A stretch of 64,000 bases of DNA from positions 3,296,001 to 3,360,000 of the forward strand of contig CAWJMB010000002.1 in assembly GCA_963843845.1 (NCBI GenBank), given 5' to 3'. Each line of letters starts with the position of its first letter. Within the stretch, counting starts at the first letter, position 1. Below are positions 10,798 to 20,676 of this stretch, in pieces. This DNA is from an uncultured Gemmatimonadaceae bacterium (GTDB taxonomy: Bacteria; Gemmatimonadota; Gemmatimonadetes; Gemmatimonadales; Gemmatimonadaceae). Both the position numbers and the translations under genes were made by a program. Below the pieces are notes generated by a model. The model ran no database searches, was not told the DNA's origin, and saw only the letters and a list, made by a program, of their open reading frames with translations.

Positions 10798-11436
10798 ATG
10801 CCCACGCGCTCGCTGCTCGCCGCTCGTCCATCGCCGCTCCCGCTCGCACTCACGGCGCAGGCGCGCCGCGCGCCCGCGCCGGCGCCTGACGCGCAGCGCG
10901 CCTGCCGCGCGACCCGAGCCTGCCGCTGCGCTGGACCTCCGACCGCCGCGACTTCGCTGGTCGGCGACATCATCACCGTGCTCATCGACGACTACACGAT
11001 CACGAGCGCCGTGAAGGACGACCTCGCGTCGCAGCAGCGGCAGAAGGACCTGAGCCTCGGCGCCGACGTCGCGCCGCCGACGGGGCCGAGCACGACGGTG
11101 AAGGCGAAGATCGGCAGCCGGAACAGCGGCGACTCGCAGGACCGCGGCGAGGCGCGCCGCGAGAACCGCTTCCAGAGCGAGATGAGCGTGCGCGTCGTCG
11201 CGGTCGGCGCCGAACGGCCTCGTGCAGGTCAAGGGAACGCGCAGCGTGACGTCGACAAGGGCAAGCAGAACGTCGACGCTCACCGGCTGGGTGCGCGCGC
11301 AGGACGTCTCCACCGCGAACGTCGTCGAGTCGTCGCGCCTCGCCGACGCGCAGCTCGACCTACGTCTCGCCGGGCCCGCTCGGCAAGCCGAAGCAGGGGC
11401 ATGGTCGGACGCATCGTCAGCATGGTGTGGCCGTGA
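10798..11436 (+). CDS. flgH: L-ring protein FlgH, frameshifted
   Basis: VGDIITVLIDD, MSVRVVAV..NG, LTGWVRAQDV..NVVESSRLADA, C-terminal IVSMVWP. Confidence 0.88.
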   Translation: MPTRSLLAARPSPLPLALTAQARRAPAPAPDAQRACRATRACRCAGPPTAATSLVGDIITVLIDDYTITSAVKDDLASQQRQKDLSLGADVAPPTGPSTTVKAKIGSRNSGDSQDRGEARRENRFQSEMSVRVVAVGAERPRAGQGNAQRDVDKGKQNVDAHRLGARAGRLHRERRRVVAPRRRAARPTSRRARSASRSRGMVGRIVSMVWP

Positions 11437-12924
11437 GCGATTCCACGCACGACGCGAAGAGGCGGCGCCGCGCGGACGTGCGCGCTCCCTGCGCCGGCTC
11501 CTGCGAGACTTCGTCGAGAGCGCCGCGCCGAACCCGTACCCCGCGGCCGACGCCGTGGCGGACGACGTCGCGCCCGACTGGGCGTCGGTCGGGAGCACGC
11601 TGGCGACGCGCGACGTCGAGTCGCTCGCCGAACGCCGCGCGCGCGACGTGACGCGACGCCGCGTGGCGAGCGCGACCGGCACCGTCATCGCCGACGTCGC
11701 GCCGCCTCCCGCCCCGACGACCGACCGCCGCCTCACGCCGCTCCAGTCGTTCGCCGTCACCATGCACACCGCGGCCGGCCGCGTGCCGCGCTTCGTCGAG
11801 CGCGTCGTCAGCGTCGCCGTGGACGAGCTGGCGGACGTCGTGCGCCGCGGCACGACCGGCGCCGCATTGGGCCTGCTGCTCTGCCTCATGCGTGGCGCGC
11901 CGTGCGCTCGCGGCCGGCGCTCGGCGCAGGACGCGAAGATCCGCGACCTCACGATCGCCGAAGGCGCCGCGCCGATCCGCCTCGTCGGCTACGGGCTCGC
12001 GGTCGGCCTCGACGGCACCGGCGACCAGCGGCGTCGCGCGGCGCGGCGGCATGACCGTGCAGAGCGTCGTCAACCTGCTCCGCAACTTCAACGTCGAGGT
12101 GCCGGCCGAGCTCGATGCGCACGCGCAACGTCGCCGCGGTGCTCGTCACGGCCGAGGTGTCGCCGTACCTGCGCGCCGGCGGCCGCTTCGACGTGCACGT
12201 CTCGTCGCTCGGCGACGCGCGCTCGCTGCGCGGCGGCGTGCTGTGGATGACGCCGCTCGTCGCCGAGGCCGGCGGGCGGCCGCTCGCCGTCGCGCAGGGC
12301 ACGCTCGCTCGTCAGCGAGGCGACCGACCCGCGCGACCGCGCCGCCGCGCCGACGATCGAGACGACCGCGCGCATGCCGAGCGGCGGCCAGCTCGAGGCC
12401 GACCTGCCGCGTCCGACGTTCGCCGGCGCGTCGCGGCTGCTGCTGAAGGAGCCCGACATCGGCACCGCCGCGAAGATCGCCGCGGCGATCAACGGCGCGC
12501 TGGGCGCCGAAGACCGCGAACGTCGAGGATCCCGGCGCCGTCGCGCTCACCCTGCCCGACAGCGGCGACCGCGCGGTCGCGCTCGCCGCAGGTGCGCGAG
12601 CTCGGCGTGCGACCGGAGCGCGTCGCGCGACTCGTCATCGACGGCCGCGACGGCACCGTCGTCGCCGGCGGCGACATGCCGATCGGCGAGGCGGTCGTCA
12701 GCCACGGCGTCATCACGCTGACGATCGGCGGCGCCGCGACGGGACGGCCGTCCGACGCGGCGAACGCGTTCGGCGAGCCTGGCGACGTGCGCCGCGCCGG
12801 CACCTCGGTGCAGAAGATCGCCGCCGCGCTGCACGCCGTGCAGACGCCGCCCGCCGAGATCGCCGCGATCTTCGTCGCGCTGCGCGAGGTCGGCGCGCTG
12901 GCGGCCGAGGTGATCGTCCGATGA
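11433..12924 (+). CDS. flgI: P-ring protein FlgI with apparent long N-terminal extension, frameshifted
   Basis: KIRDLT..LVGYGLAVGLDGTGD, RNVAAVLVTAE, VSSLGDARSLRGGVLWMTPL, GTVVAGG, ALREVGALAAEV. Confidence 0.9.
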
Positions 12925-13314
12925 GGACGCTGGACTGCCGGGGATCGGCGACCGGCGACCGGACATCGGGAGCGCGATCACGACCCGATCCCGATCCCGA
13001 CCCCGGATCCCCGACGAACGACGACGCCCGCCTCCGCCAGTCCGCGCAGCAAGCTCGAAGGCCTCTTCGTCGAGCAGCTGTTCAAGGCCATGCGCGAGAC
13101 GGTGCCGCAGGGCGAGGGCGTCGTCGGTGGCGGCACGGGCGAGGACATGTTCACCGGCCTCATGGATCAGCACCTCGCCGCCGACACTCCCACGCAGTGG
13201 GCGCACGGCCTCTCGGCCGCCGCCTACCGGCAGCTCAGGTCCGCACTCGCCGATCCGGCGACGCAGTCGCCGCCGTCCGCCCAGCCCCCGACCGCTCCCC
13301 TTCCGCTCCGATGA
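12921..13314 (+). CDS. flgJ: Short FlgJ (rod-binding domain only)
   Basis: 'LRQSAQQLEGLFVEQLFKAMRETVP..GGGTGEDMFTGLMDQHLA' across one frameshift; no muramidase domain. Confidence 0.85.
12940..13013. repeat. Heptamer-like inverted repeat in the 5' end of flgJ
   Basis: ggggatc-ggcgacc-ggcgacc-ggacatc followed by cgatcc-cgatcc-cgacccc-ggatcccc. Confidence 0.6.
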
Positions 13315-13912
13315 CGGCGACGCCCACGACGCCCTTCGCGCCCACCGCGCCGACGTACAGCCGTCCGCTCGCCACGCAGCGTCTCGCGATGACGACCGGC
13401 GACGGCCCCGCCGCCGTCGCCGTGTCGCGCGCCCTGCTCCACTCGGCCCGGCGGGGCGCTCGACGCGCTGTTGGGCGCACTGCTCGACGCGCTGCGTGGC
13501 GAGCGCAAGCTGCTCGACGATCTCGCCGGCACGATGCGGCGCCAGCGCGCCGCCGTCGCCGTCGACGACCTCGGCGCGGTCGACGACACGGTGTTCGCGA
13601 CGCACCGCCTGCTCGCGACGCTGGGCCAGGCGCGCGTCCGCCGCCGCCAGCTCAACCGCCTGCTCTGCGGCGCCGAGGAGCTGCCGGCGCGCGACCTCGA
13701 TGCGGTGCTCGGCGAGCGGATGACGCCGGCCCTCCGTGACGCGCAGCGTCGCGCTGCAGACCGCCGCGACCGCGCTCACGCGCGAGGTCGAGGTCAATCG
13801 CCGCGTGCTGCGCGACGCGCTCGCGACCGGCGAGGCGCAGGCGCGCGCGCTCACGCACGCCGGCGCGGCGACCGGGATGACCGGCGGCGCCGTGCTCGAT
13901 CGCACCGCCTGA
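13311..13912 (+). CDS. flgN: Flagellar export chaperone FlgN, frameshifted
   Basis: Helical 'LLDALRGERKLLDDL..RQRAAVAVDD', 'REVEVNRRVLRDAL', ends LDRTA; lies before flgK. Confidence 0.7.
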
Positions 13913-13924
13913 CGAGGGCGCACC

Positions 13925-15346
13925 ATGTCCATCGGCTCCGTCTTCAGCGTCGCCCGCTCCGCGATGAGTACGCAACAGATCGTCATCGCGACCGTCGGGC
14001 ACAACATCGCGAACGCCGAAGTCGATGGGTACTCGCGGCAGCGCGTCGACCTCGAGGCGAGCGACGCGCAGCACTTTCTGTACGGCGACCTCGGCACGGG
14101 CGTGCGCATCCAGAACATCGGACGCATCCGCGACACGTGGCTCGACGCGGCGTACCGCACCGAGTCGGGGTCCGCGTCGTCGGCGTCGCTCCGCAGCGAC
14201 CTGCTCACGCGCATCGAGCAGGTGCTCGGCGAGCCGTCGGACACCGGACTCGCGTCCGCGATGGACGCGCTCTGGTCGTCGTGGTCCGACCTCGCGACGC
14301 AGCCGACGAGCACGGCGGCGCGAGCGGTCGTGCAGCAGCGGGCGCAGGGAGTCGTGCTGACGCTCAACACCTTCGACCGGCAGCTCACCGACGTGCGCCA
14401 GCAGACGGCCGCGCAGCTCGGCGGCGCGGTGCGCGAGATCAACGAGCTCGTCGACACGATCGCCGGCCTGAACGGCCGCATCGTGTCGAGCGAGGTGAGC
14501 GGGAACGAGGCGCCCGACCTGCGCGACCAGCGCGACCGGGCGCTCGACCGGCTCTCGACGCTCGGCAGCGTGCGCGTGATTCCGTACGCGAACGGCGGGA
14601 CGCAGGTGCTGCTGGGCAACAACGCGCTCGTCGACGGCGTCACCGCGCGTCACGTCGAGACGACGACCGACGCGAGCGGCGGGATCGCGTTGAAGCTGAC
14701 GAGCGGATTCGAGCCGATGCTCCCGGTCGGTGGCGAGACGCAGACGACGCTCGAGTTCCTGAACGGCGACCTCGCGGACACCGAGCGCCGCTTGGACGCG
14801 ATCGCGAGCGCGCTCGTCACGCGGCTCAACGCGCTGCACCGGACGGGGCAGGTCTATCCCTCCGGGGGCACGCCCGCCGCGGCCGGCGACTTCTTCGACG
14901 CGGGCGGCACCACCGCGCGCACGATCACGCTGTCGTCCGACGTCGCGGGCAACCCGGCGAAGATCGCCGCCGCGCTCACGACGCCGAGCGCCGGCGCGGC
15001 CGCGGGTCCGGGGAACAACGAACTCGCGCTCGCGATGGCCGCGCTGCGCGACACCGCCGGGCAGGTGTCGTACACGAGCGCGGCCGGGACCACCGAGACC
15101 GACTCGTTCAACGGCTTCTACCGCACGACCGCGAGCCGGCTCGGCACGCAGCTCACGAGCGCGCGCGTCTCCGCCGAGGTCCACACGACGCTGATGACGC
15201 AGGCCGACACGCGCCGCAAGTCGGAGAGCGGCGTGAACGTCGACGAGGAGCTGACGACGCTGCTCCGCGCGCAGCAGGCGTACGCCGCCGCGGCGAAGGT
15301 CATCTCGGTCGCCGGCGAGATGATGAAGACGCTCGTCGACATGTGA
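13925..15346 (+). CDS. flgK: Hook-associated protein FlgK
   Basis: GHNIANAEVDGYSRQRV, DLRDQRD..LD.LS, SGVNVDEEL..L..QQAYAAAAKVI; intact 473 aa. Confidence 0.97.
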   Translation: MSIGSVFSVARSAMSTQQIVIATVGHNIANAEVDGYSRQRVDLEASDAQHFLYGDLGTGVRIQNIGRIRDTWLDAAYRTESGSASSASLRSDLLTRIEQVLGEPSDTGLASAMDALWSSWSDLATQPTSTAARAVVQQRAQGVVLTLNTFDRQLTDVRQQTAAQLGGAVREINELVDTIAGLNGRIVSSEVSGNEAPDLRDQRDRALDRLSTLGSVRVIPYANGGTQVLLGNNALVDGVTARHVETTTDASGGIALKLTSGFEPMLPVGGETQTTLEFLNGDLADTERRLDAIASALVTRLNALHRTGQVYPSGGTPAAAGDFFDAGGTTARTITLSSDVAGNPAKIAAALTTPSAGAAAGPGNNELALAMAALRDTAGQVSYTSAAGTTETDSFNGFYRTTASRLGTQLTSARVSAEVHTTLMTQADTRRKSESGVNVDEELTTLLRAQQAYAAAAKVISVAGEMMKTLVDM

Positions 15347-15383
15347 CGGGGCGCGTGCTCACCATTCCGTCCGTCACCCGCCC

Positions 15384-15641
15384 GTGCTGATCCTCGGCCG
15401 CCGCCCCGGCGAGTCCATCGTCATCGACGGCGGCATCCGGCTCGTCGTGCTCGCGTGCGACCGCGGCGGCGTGCGGCTCGGCATCGAGGCGCCGCAGACC
15501 GTCGCCATCCTGCGCGGCGAGATCGCCGAGGCGGTCGTCGACGCGAACCGCAGCGCTGCGGCCGTCGACGCGAGCCCGTGGGTGGCGCGGCTGACGGGCG
15601 CCGCACGCGACGGGAACGAACGGGCGCGGGACACGACCTGA
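15384..15641 (+). CDS. csrA: Carbon storage regulator CsrA
   Basis: MLILGRRPGESIVIDGGI..VRLGIEAP..VAILRGEI..ANRSA. Confidence 0.92.
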   Translation: MLILGRRPGESIVIDGGIRLVVLACDRGGVRLGIEAPQTVAILRGEIAEAVVDANRSAAAVDASPWVARLTGAARDGNERARDTT

Positions 15642-15754
15642 GGCTCGGGATCGACCGAACGACTGACGTCGTCGGTACGGCCGAGCACTACGGCGATTCG
15701 CGGAGGCGTGTGCCGTAGCTCGGGTTCCGCGCGTGTGCCCCTCTCGCTGCGTGG

Positions 15755-16250
15755 CTACATCCGCGACAGTCGCACCGACGTCTCGCCGATCGTGAGCCGC
15801 ACGCCGCCGTCGGCCGCGCGCCACGCGACGGTCACGCGGTCCCGCGATCGCGTCTTCGCGCGCGAGAGGAGGACGAGCAGCGCGCGCAGCAGGACGGTCG
15901 GCGACGCGCGAACCGGCGGCGCGTTCGGGTCGGGCACGACGTCGACCGCCACGTCGCGCCAGTCGGGGTGGTGGGCGTGCAGCGCGACGGCCGGCGCGAC
16001 GACGTCCGGCAGGTGAATCGGCTCCGGCGCCGCGTCGTCGCGCTCCTCCCCGGCGAGCTGTCGCACGAGCGCGAGCAGCGCTTCCAGCCGCTCCGCCTCG
16101 TCGCGCAGCATCGCGACGATCGGCGCGGGCGCGCGCGCGTCGGGCTCGAGCATGCCCGCCGCCGCGACGACCGTTCCGACGCGGTTGCTCAGCGCGTGCG
16201 CGAGCCCGCGCAGCAGCGCGCCCTGCTCGTCGGCCCAGGCGGCGGGGTCG
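15755..16250 (-). CDS. Histidine-kinase-like protein: H-box plus degenerate ATPase fold; start uncertain
   Basis: The frame stays open upstream of the ATG at 16153 and reads LDPAAWADEQGALLRGLAHALSNRVG; then 'PEPIHLPDVV', 'LLRALLVLL', 'VRLTIG'. Confidence 0.6.
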
Positions 16251-16260
16251 AGCGCGGCGT

Positions 16261-16288
16261 GAAAGTTTTCGAGCGCGACGGCCGATAC
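16261..16288 (+). promoter_or_regulatory. sigma28-type promoter upstream of motA
   Basis: GAAA(GTTT)-N16-GCCGATAC, resembling the FliA consensus TAAAGTTT...GCCGATAA. Confidence 0.7.
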
Positions 16289-16338
16289 TCGAGGGGGGTG
16301 CCTCGCTCTCCTCGTCGCTCTCTCCCGCCGCCGTCACC

Positions 16339-17205
16339 GTGTTCCTCATCATCGGGCTGCGTCATCGTGTTCGGTAGCGTCATCGGCGGCTACGTGATGC
16401 ACCACGGCCAGATCGGGCGTGCTCATCCAGGTCAACGAGTTCATCATCATCGGCGGCGCCGGCGCTCGGCGCCATGGTGATCGCGAATCCGATGGCCGTC
16501 GTCAAGGGCGTCGTTCAGCGGCACGCTGGGCCTGCTCAAGCCGAACCCGTTCTCGCACGACAGCGTACGGCGAGCTGCTGCAGGTACTCTACGAGATCTT
16601 CCAGAAGGCCCGCAAGGACGGCCTGGTCGGGCCTCGAGTCGCACATCGAGGAGCCGGAGAAGAGCGACATCTTCACGAAGTACCCGCGCTTCACCGGAAC
16701 CACCACGCGCGTCGCGCTGCTCGCCGACACGCTGAAGGTGCTGCTCACCGGCGCCGTCGAGGATCACAACCTCGCCGAGATCCTCGACATCGACCTCGAG
16801 CAGCAGCACGAGGCGAACATGCACGTCCCGCACGCGCATCAACAGCGTCGGCGACGCGATGCCGGGCTTCGGCATCGTCGCCGCCGTGCTCGGCGTCATC
16901 ATCACGATGGGCTCGCATCGGCGGCGCGGCGAGCGAGATCGGCGAGAAGGTCGCCGCGGCGCTCGTCGGCACGTTCCTCGGCATCCTGCTCGTCGTACGG
17001 CATGCTCGGGCCGATGGCGAAGGCGATCGAGAACCGCGTGAAGGCGGAGCACGCCTACATGTGCTGCATCCGCACCGCGCTGCTCTCGTTCGCCCGCGGC
17101 GACGCGCCGATGACCGCCGTCGAGTTCGCGCGCCGCAACATCGACCCGCACGACCGCCCGAGCTTCGCGGAGCTCGAGGCGCTGACGAAGAAGAAGGCGG
17201 CATAA
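16339..17205 (+). CDS. motA: Flagellar stator MotA, frameshifted
   Basis: VFGSVIGGY, NEFIIIGGA, ARKDGL, DAMPGFGIVAAVLGVIITM, AALVGTFLGIL, AVEFARR, RPSFAELE. Confidence 0.93.
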
Positions 17206-17217
17206 GCCGCGCCGGCG

Positions 17218-18420
17218 ATGCACGACCCCCTGGTCGACGCGCGCTTCGCCCACGAGAAGCGGCTCACCGTCCTCGCCCGACACGGGCAGTCGGTGCGCCG
17301 CCGCTGGGCGTTCGGCGTCCTCGGCCTCGCCCTCGCGGCGGCCAGCGCGCGCTTCGACGTCTTCACGACCCCCTGGTGGCAGGCCGCGGTCCCGACGTCC
17401 GTGCTGCTCGCCGCGAACGCGTGGTGCGCGTGGCGCATCCGCCGGGATCGGGTGCGCGTGCGGCAGTTCTGGGGCATGCTCGCGGCCGACGCGGTCACCA
17501 TCGCCGCGCTCTGCGCGATGGGGGGCGAGCACGGTGAGCTGGCCATCGGCTTCTACCTCGTGATCGCCGCCGCGTACGGGCTCGGACTGCCGCGCGCGGC
17601 GCGCACGCACCTCGCGCTCTCCTCCCTGCTCTACCCCGCCGCCCGCTGGAGCGCCGGGGCCACCACGCCGACCGTCGTCGTCGAGACGGCGTCGATGCTC
17701 GCGCTCGGCTACCTCGCGATCGCGTCGCCGATGCGCTTCACGTACCGGCTGCGCCGCGCCCGCCGCGCGTTAGGCGCCCTCGAGCGCGGCGACTTCTCGC
17801 CGCGCCTCCCGACGCGCGCGATGGACGACCTCGGCTTCCTCGCCGAGAGCGTCAACCGCACCGCGGAGGCGCTGGGCTGTGCGGTCGACGAGCTGCGCCG
17901 CTCGCGCGAGGCGCTCGCCCACCAGGCGTACCACGATCCGCTCACCGGCCTCGCGAACCGCGCGCGGTTCGACGAGCGGCTCGAGCGCGCGCTCGCCGGC
18001 CCGCGCGCGGCCGACGTCGCGATCCTCATGGTCGACCTCGACGACTTCAAGCTCGTGAACGACCGACTCGGCCACGCCGCCGGCGACCGGGTCCTCGTCG
18101 CGGTGGCCGAGCGGCTGCTCGACGCGACGCGCGGCTGCGACACCGTGGCACGCCTCGGCGGCGACGAGTTCACCGTGCTGCTCGAGAACGTCGGCACCAC
18201 GGCGGACGCCGAGGTCGCGGCACGGCGGATCGTGCAGTCGCTCGCCGCACCGTTCGACGTCGACGGTGTGGCGGCGCGCGTCGGCGCGAGCGTCGGCATC
18301 GCGCGCCCGGGGCCTGGCGTGGCCGACGCACCGTCGATGCTCCGGCGTGCAGACGCGGCGATGTATCACGTGAAGGCACGCGGCAAGGGCGGGTTCACCC
18401 TCGGCGACGCGGCTGCCTGA
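17218..18420 (+). CDS. Membrane diguanylate cyclase (TM-HAMP-GGDEF)
   Basis: Several TM helices, HAMP-like 'GDFSPRL..DDLGFLAESVN', HDPLTGLANR, DLDDFKLVND..GH..GD, RGCD I-site, intact GGDEF. Confidence 0.95.
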   Translation: MHDPLVDARFAHEKRLTVLARHGQSVRRRWAFGVLGLALAAASARFDVFTTPWWQAAVPTSVLLAANAWCAWRIRRDRVRVRQFWGMLAADAVTIAALCAMGGEHGELAIGFYLVIAAAYGLGLPRAARTHLALSSLLYPAARWSAGATTPTVVVETASMLALGYLAIASPMRFTYRLRRARRALGALERGDFSPRLPTRAMDDLGFLAESVNRTAEALGCAVDELRRSREALAHQAYHDPLTGLANRARFDERLERALAGPRAADVAILMVDLDDFKLVNDRLGHAAGDRVLVAVAERLLDATRGCDTVARLGGDEFTVLLENVGTTADAEVAARRIVQSLAAPFDVDGVAARVGASVGIARPGPGVADAPSMLRRADAAMYHVKARGKGGFTLGDAAA

Positions 18421-18426
18421 CCAACG

Positions 18427-18524
18427 CCGCGTGACGACGGCCGCGTGACCACGGCCGCGTGACGACGGCCGCGTGACCACGGCCGCGTGACCACGGCCGC
18501 GTGACCACGGCCGCGTGACGACGG
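18427..18524. repeat. 14-bp tandem repeat CCGCGTGAC(C/G)ACGG x7
   Basis: Seen directly, 6 bp after the DGC stop, between convergent genes. Confidence 0.95.
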
Positions 18525-18703
18525 CTGGTGGCCGGGCGCCGACGCGGTCCCGGGGTCGTGCGGGAGTCGCCGGAGGGACGGAGCGCATCTGCGACCACGC
18601 CAGACGCCCGATCTCCGCACGATGCCCTGCATGCGGAACGGCCCGGGGCGCTGGTGTGCGCCCCGGGCCGTCTCCATGCCGTGCCCGCCGAGGCGGGCGC
18701 AGG

Positions 18704-19528
18704 TCAGAACGAGTCGTCTTCGCGCACGCCCCACGCGACGAGGTAGCCGCTGAAGTGGTCCGTGAGCGCGCGGATCCGACGCTCGGAACGCTTGTCGGTC
18801 GACGGCATCGTCTCGAGGACGCGCCAGCCGTTGCCCACGTAGACGACGCCGAGCGGCGCGTCCGACCGGGTGATGCAGTCCTTGTAGTCGAAGCTCAGCT
18901 CGACCGGCTTCTGGAACACCAGTCCGTGCGGCGCGAACTGCAGCTCGATCGTCGGTCCGCCCGGCTCGCTCGCCGTGATCTCGGTGTCCGACGTGAGCGC
19001 GCCCGCCGGGATCGAGATCGTGTGCGCGCCGACGCGGATCTCACCGCCCTTCACGCCGATGCGCTTCGTCACGGCCTTCGCCTGCGACGGCTCGCAGCGC
19101 AGCGCTTCCGCCTTCACGTTCCCCTTCTCGACACCCTTCTTGTAGGCGTTCCACTCGTCCTTGAGGCGCTCGTACTCCTCCTTGGAGAGGCGCTTCGCCG
19201 CGCGCGCCGAGTCGGCGGCGGCCTTCTCGGCGGCTTCCGCCGCGTCCTTGCGCGCGTCCTCGGCAGCCTTCGCCGCCTTCTCGGCGCGTTCCTTCGCGTC
19301 CTTCTCGGCCTCGCTCAGCTTGCCGTCGCCGTTCAGGTCCCACGGAACGTCCTTGGCCGAGAGCCCGAGCGCGGGACGCGCGGCGGGCGACGTCGGCACG
19401 CCGGCCGGCGCGTCCGTGCAGGCTGCCGCCGTGCCGGCGAGAGTGAGCGCGAGCACGCTCGTGAGGCGCGTGTCGTCGAGCGAGCGCCGCAGGCGCCGTG
19501 CGTGTCGAGCGATTTCGTGGATGGCCAT
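18704..19528 (-). CDS. Putative lipoprotein with charged helical region and C-terminal ZU5-like domain
   Basis: Lipobox-like TAAAC, DLNGDGKLS loop, KAAE-rich helix, 'IGVKGGEI..ISIPAGAL..FAPHGLVFQKPVELSF..TDHFSGY'. Confidence 0.7.
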   Translation of the reverse strand: MAIHEIARHARRLRRSLDDTRLTSVLALTLAGTAAACTDAPAGVPTSPAARPALGLSAKDVPWDLNGDGKLSEAEKDAKERAEKAAKAAEDARKDAAEAAEKAAADSARAAKRLSKEEYERLKDEWNAYKKGVEKGNVKAEALRCEPSQAKAVTKRIGVKGGEIRVGAHTISIPAGALTSDTEITASEPGGPTIELQFAPHGLVFQKPVELSFDYKDCITRSDAPLGVVYVGNGWRVLETMPSTDKRSERRIRALTDHFSGYLVAWGVREDDSF

Positions 19529-19661
19529 TCGGGTTCTCGGGCTGGTACGAGGGGGTATGCGCGATCCGCGCCGGCCGCCGCCCGTGGCGTACGACCTCGT
19601 CCGCGAGTCTCGGCACCGTACCAGCCGATCTTGAGTCACCCGTCGTCGCGCGACCCGGGCG

Positions 19662-19689
19662 TCAACCCGCAGCTCCGAGCGGCCGATAC
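19662..19689 (+). promoter_or_regulatory. sigma28-type promoter directly before motB, probably leaderless
   Basis: TCAA-N16-GCCGATAC, ending 8 nt before the ATG at 19698; no Shine-Dalgarno visible. Confidence 0.7.
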
Positions 19690-19697
19690 CTCGACGC

Positions 19698-20557
19698 ATG
19701 AAGTCCGACAAGAAGATCATCATCGTCAAGAAGAAGAAGGCCGGCGGCGGCGGCCATCACGGCGGGTCGTGGAAGGTCGCCTACGCCGACTTCGTCACCG
19801 CCATGATGGCCTTCTTCATGGTCATGTGGATTCTCGGCATGGACGACAAGACGAAGGAGGCCGATCGAGGGGTACTTCTCGAACCCGGTCGGCTACAAGA
19901 AGGGCTTCTCCTCCGGCTCGAGCCCCATCGCCGACGGCTCGTCGCCGAGCCGCATCCAGACCGAGCAGCTCCGCATGATCGTCCGCGCCGGCGACAAGAA
20001 GCAGCTCGGCGAGGCGGGGGCGAGCGTGAAGGAGAAGCTCTCGAAGAACGAGGCGCTCGACGAAGCTCGGCGCGAAGGTCGACGTCGCGATGACCAAGGA
20101 GGGGCTCCGCATCGAGCTGATCGAGTCCGGGAACGGCGACATGTTCTTCTCGTTAGGCAGCACGCAGATGCGCCCCGCGGCGGTCGTGGCGCTGCAGGCG
20201 ATCGCCCCGGAGCTGGCGCCGCTGCCGAACCCGATCGTCGTCGAGGGACACACCGACGCCGCGACGTTCGGCGTCGGCACGTCGTTCACGAACTGGGAGC
20301 TGTCGGCCGAGCGCGCGAACGCCGCGCGCCGCGTGCTCATGTCGTCCGGCATCGGCCAGGAGCGCATCGAGGAGGTGCGCGGGCTCGCCGACCGTCGCCT
20401 GCGCGTGCCGGAGGCGCCGCTCGACCCGACGAACCGGCGCATCTCGCTGCTCGTGCGCTTCCGAGACCTCGTTCCCGAGACGACCGTGACCGCCGGCGCG
20501 GCGGACTCGACGCCGGAGATTCTCCGGGTCGCGAGGATCGCGGCGAGGCCGCACTAG
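19698..20557 (+). CDS. motB: Flagellar stator MotB, frameshifted
   Basis: [25 protein letters not shown]; OmpA-like domain [27 protein letters not shown]. Confidence 0.95.
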
Positions 20558-20676
20558 CCGGGCTCGAGCCGAGCCGCCCGCGCGGGCAGCGATCGGCGCT
20601 GGCCGCGCGCCGGCCGCGCGCTGGCGACGTGGGGAGCGTGGCCGTACGTTAGCCGCGGCTCCTCCTCGCCCGTCGC

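Noticed and set aside
18427..18524. Possible CRISPR array
   Set aside because: Units are 14 bp and contiguous with no unique spacers, and there are no cas genes in the window. The same applies to the array at 29360.
1..20557. Flagellar genes as true pseudogenes or programmed frameshifts
   Set aside because: Indels are numerous and scattered, I saw no consistent slippery motif, and key residues are conserved. Sequence error is more parsimonious.
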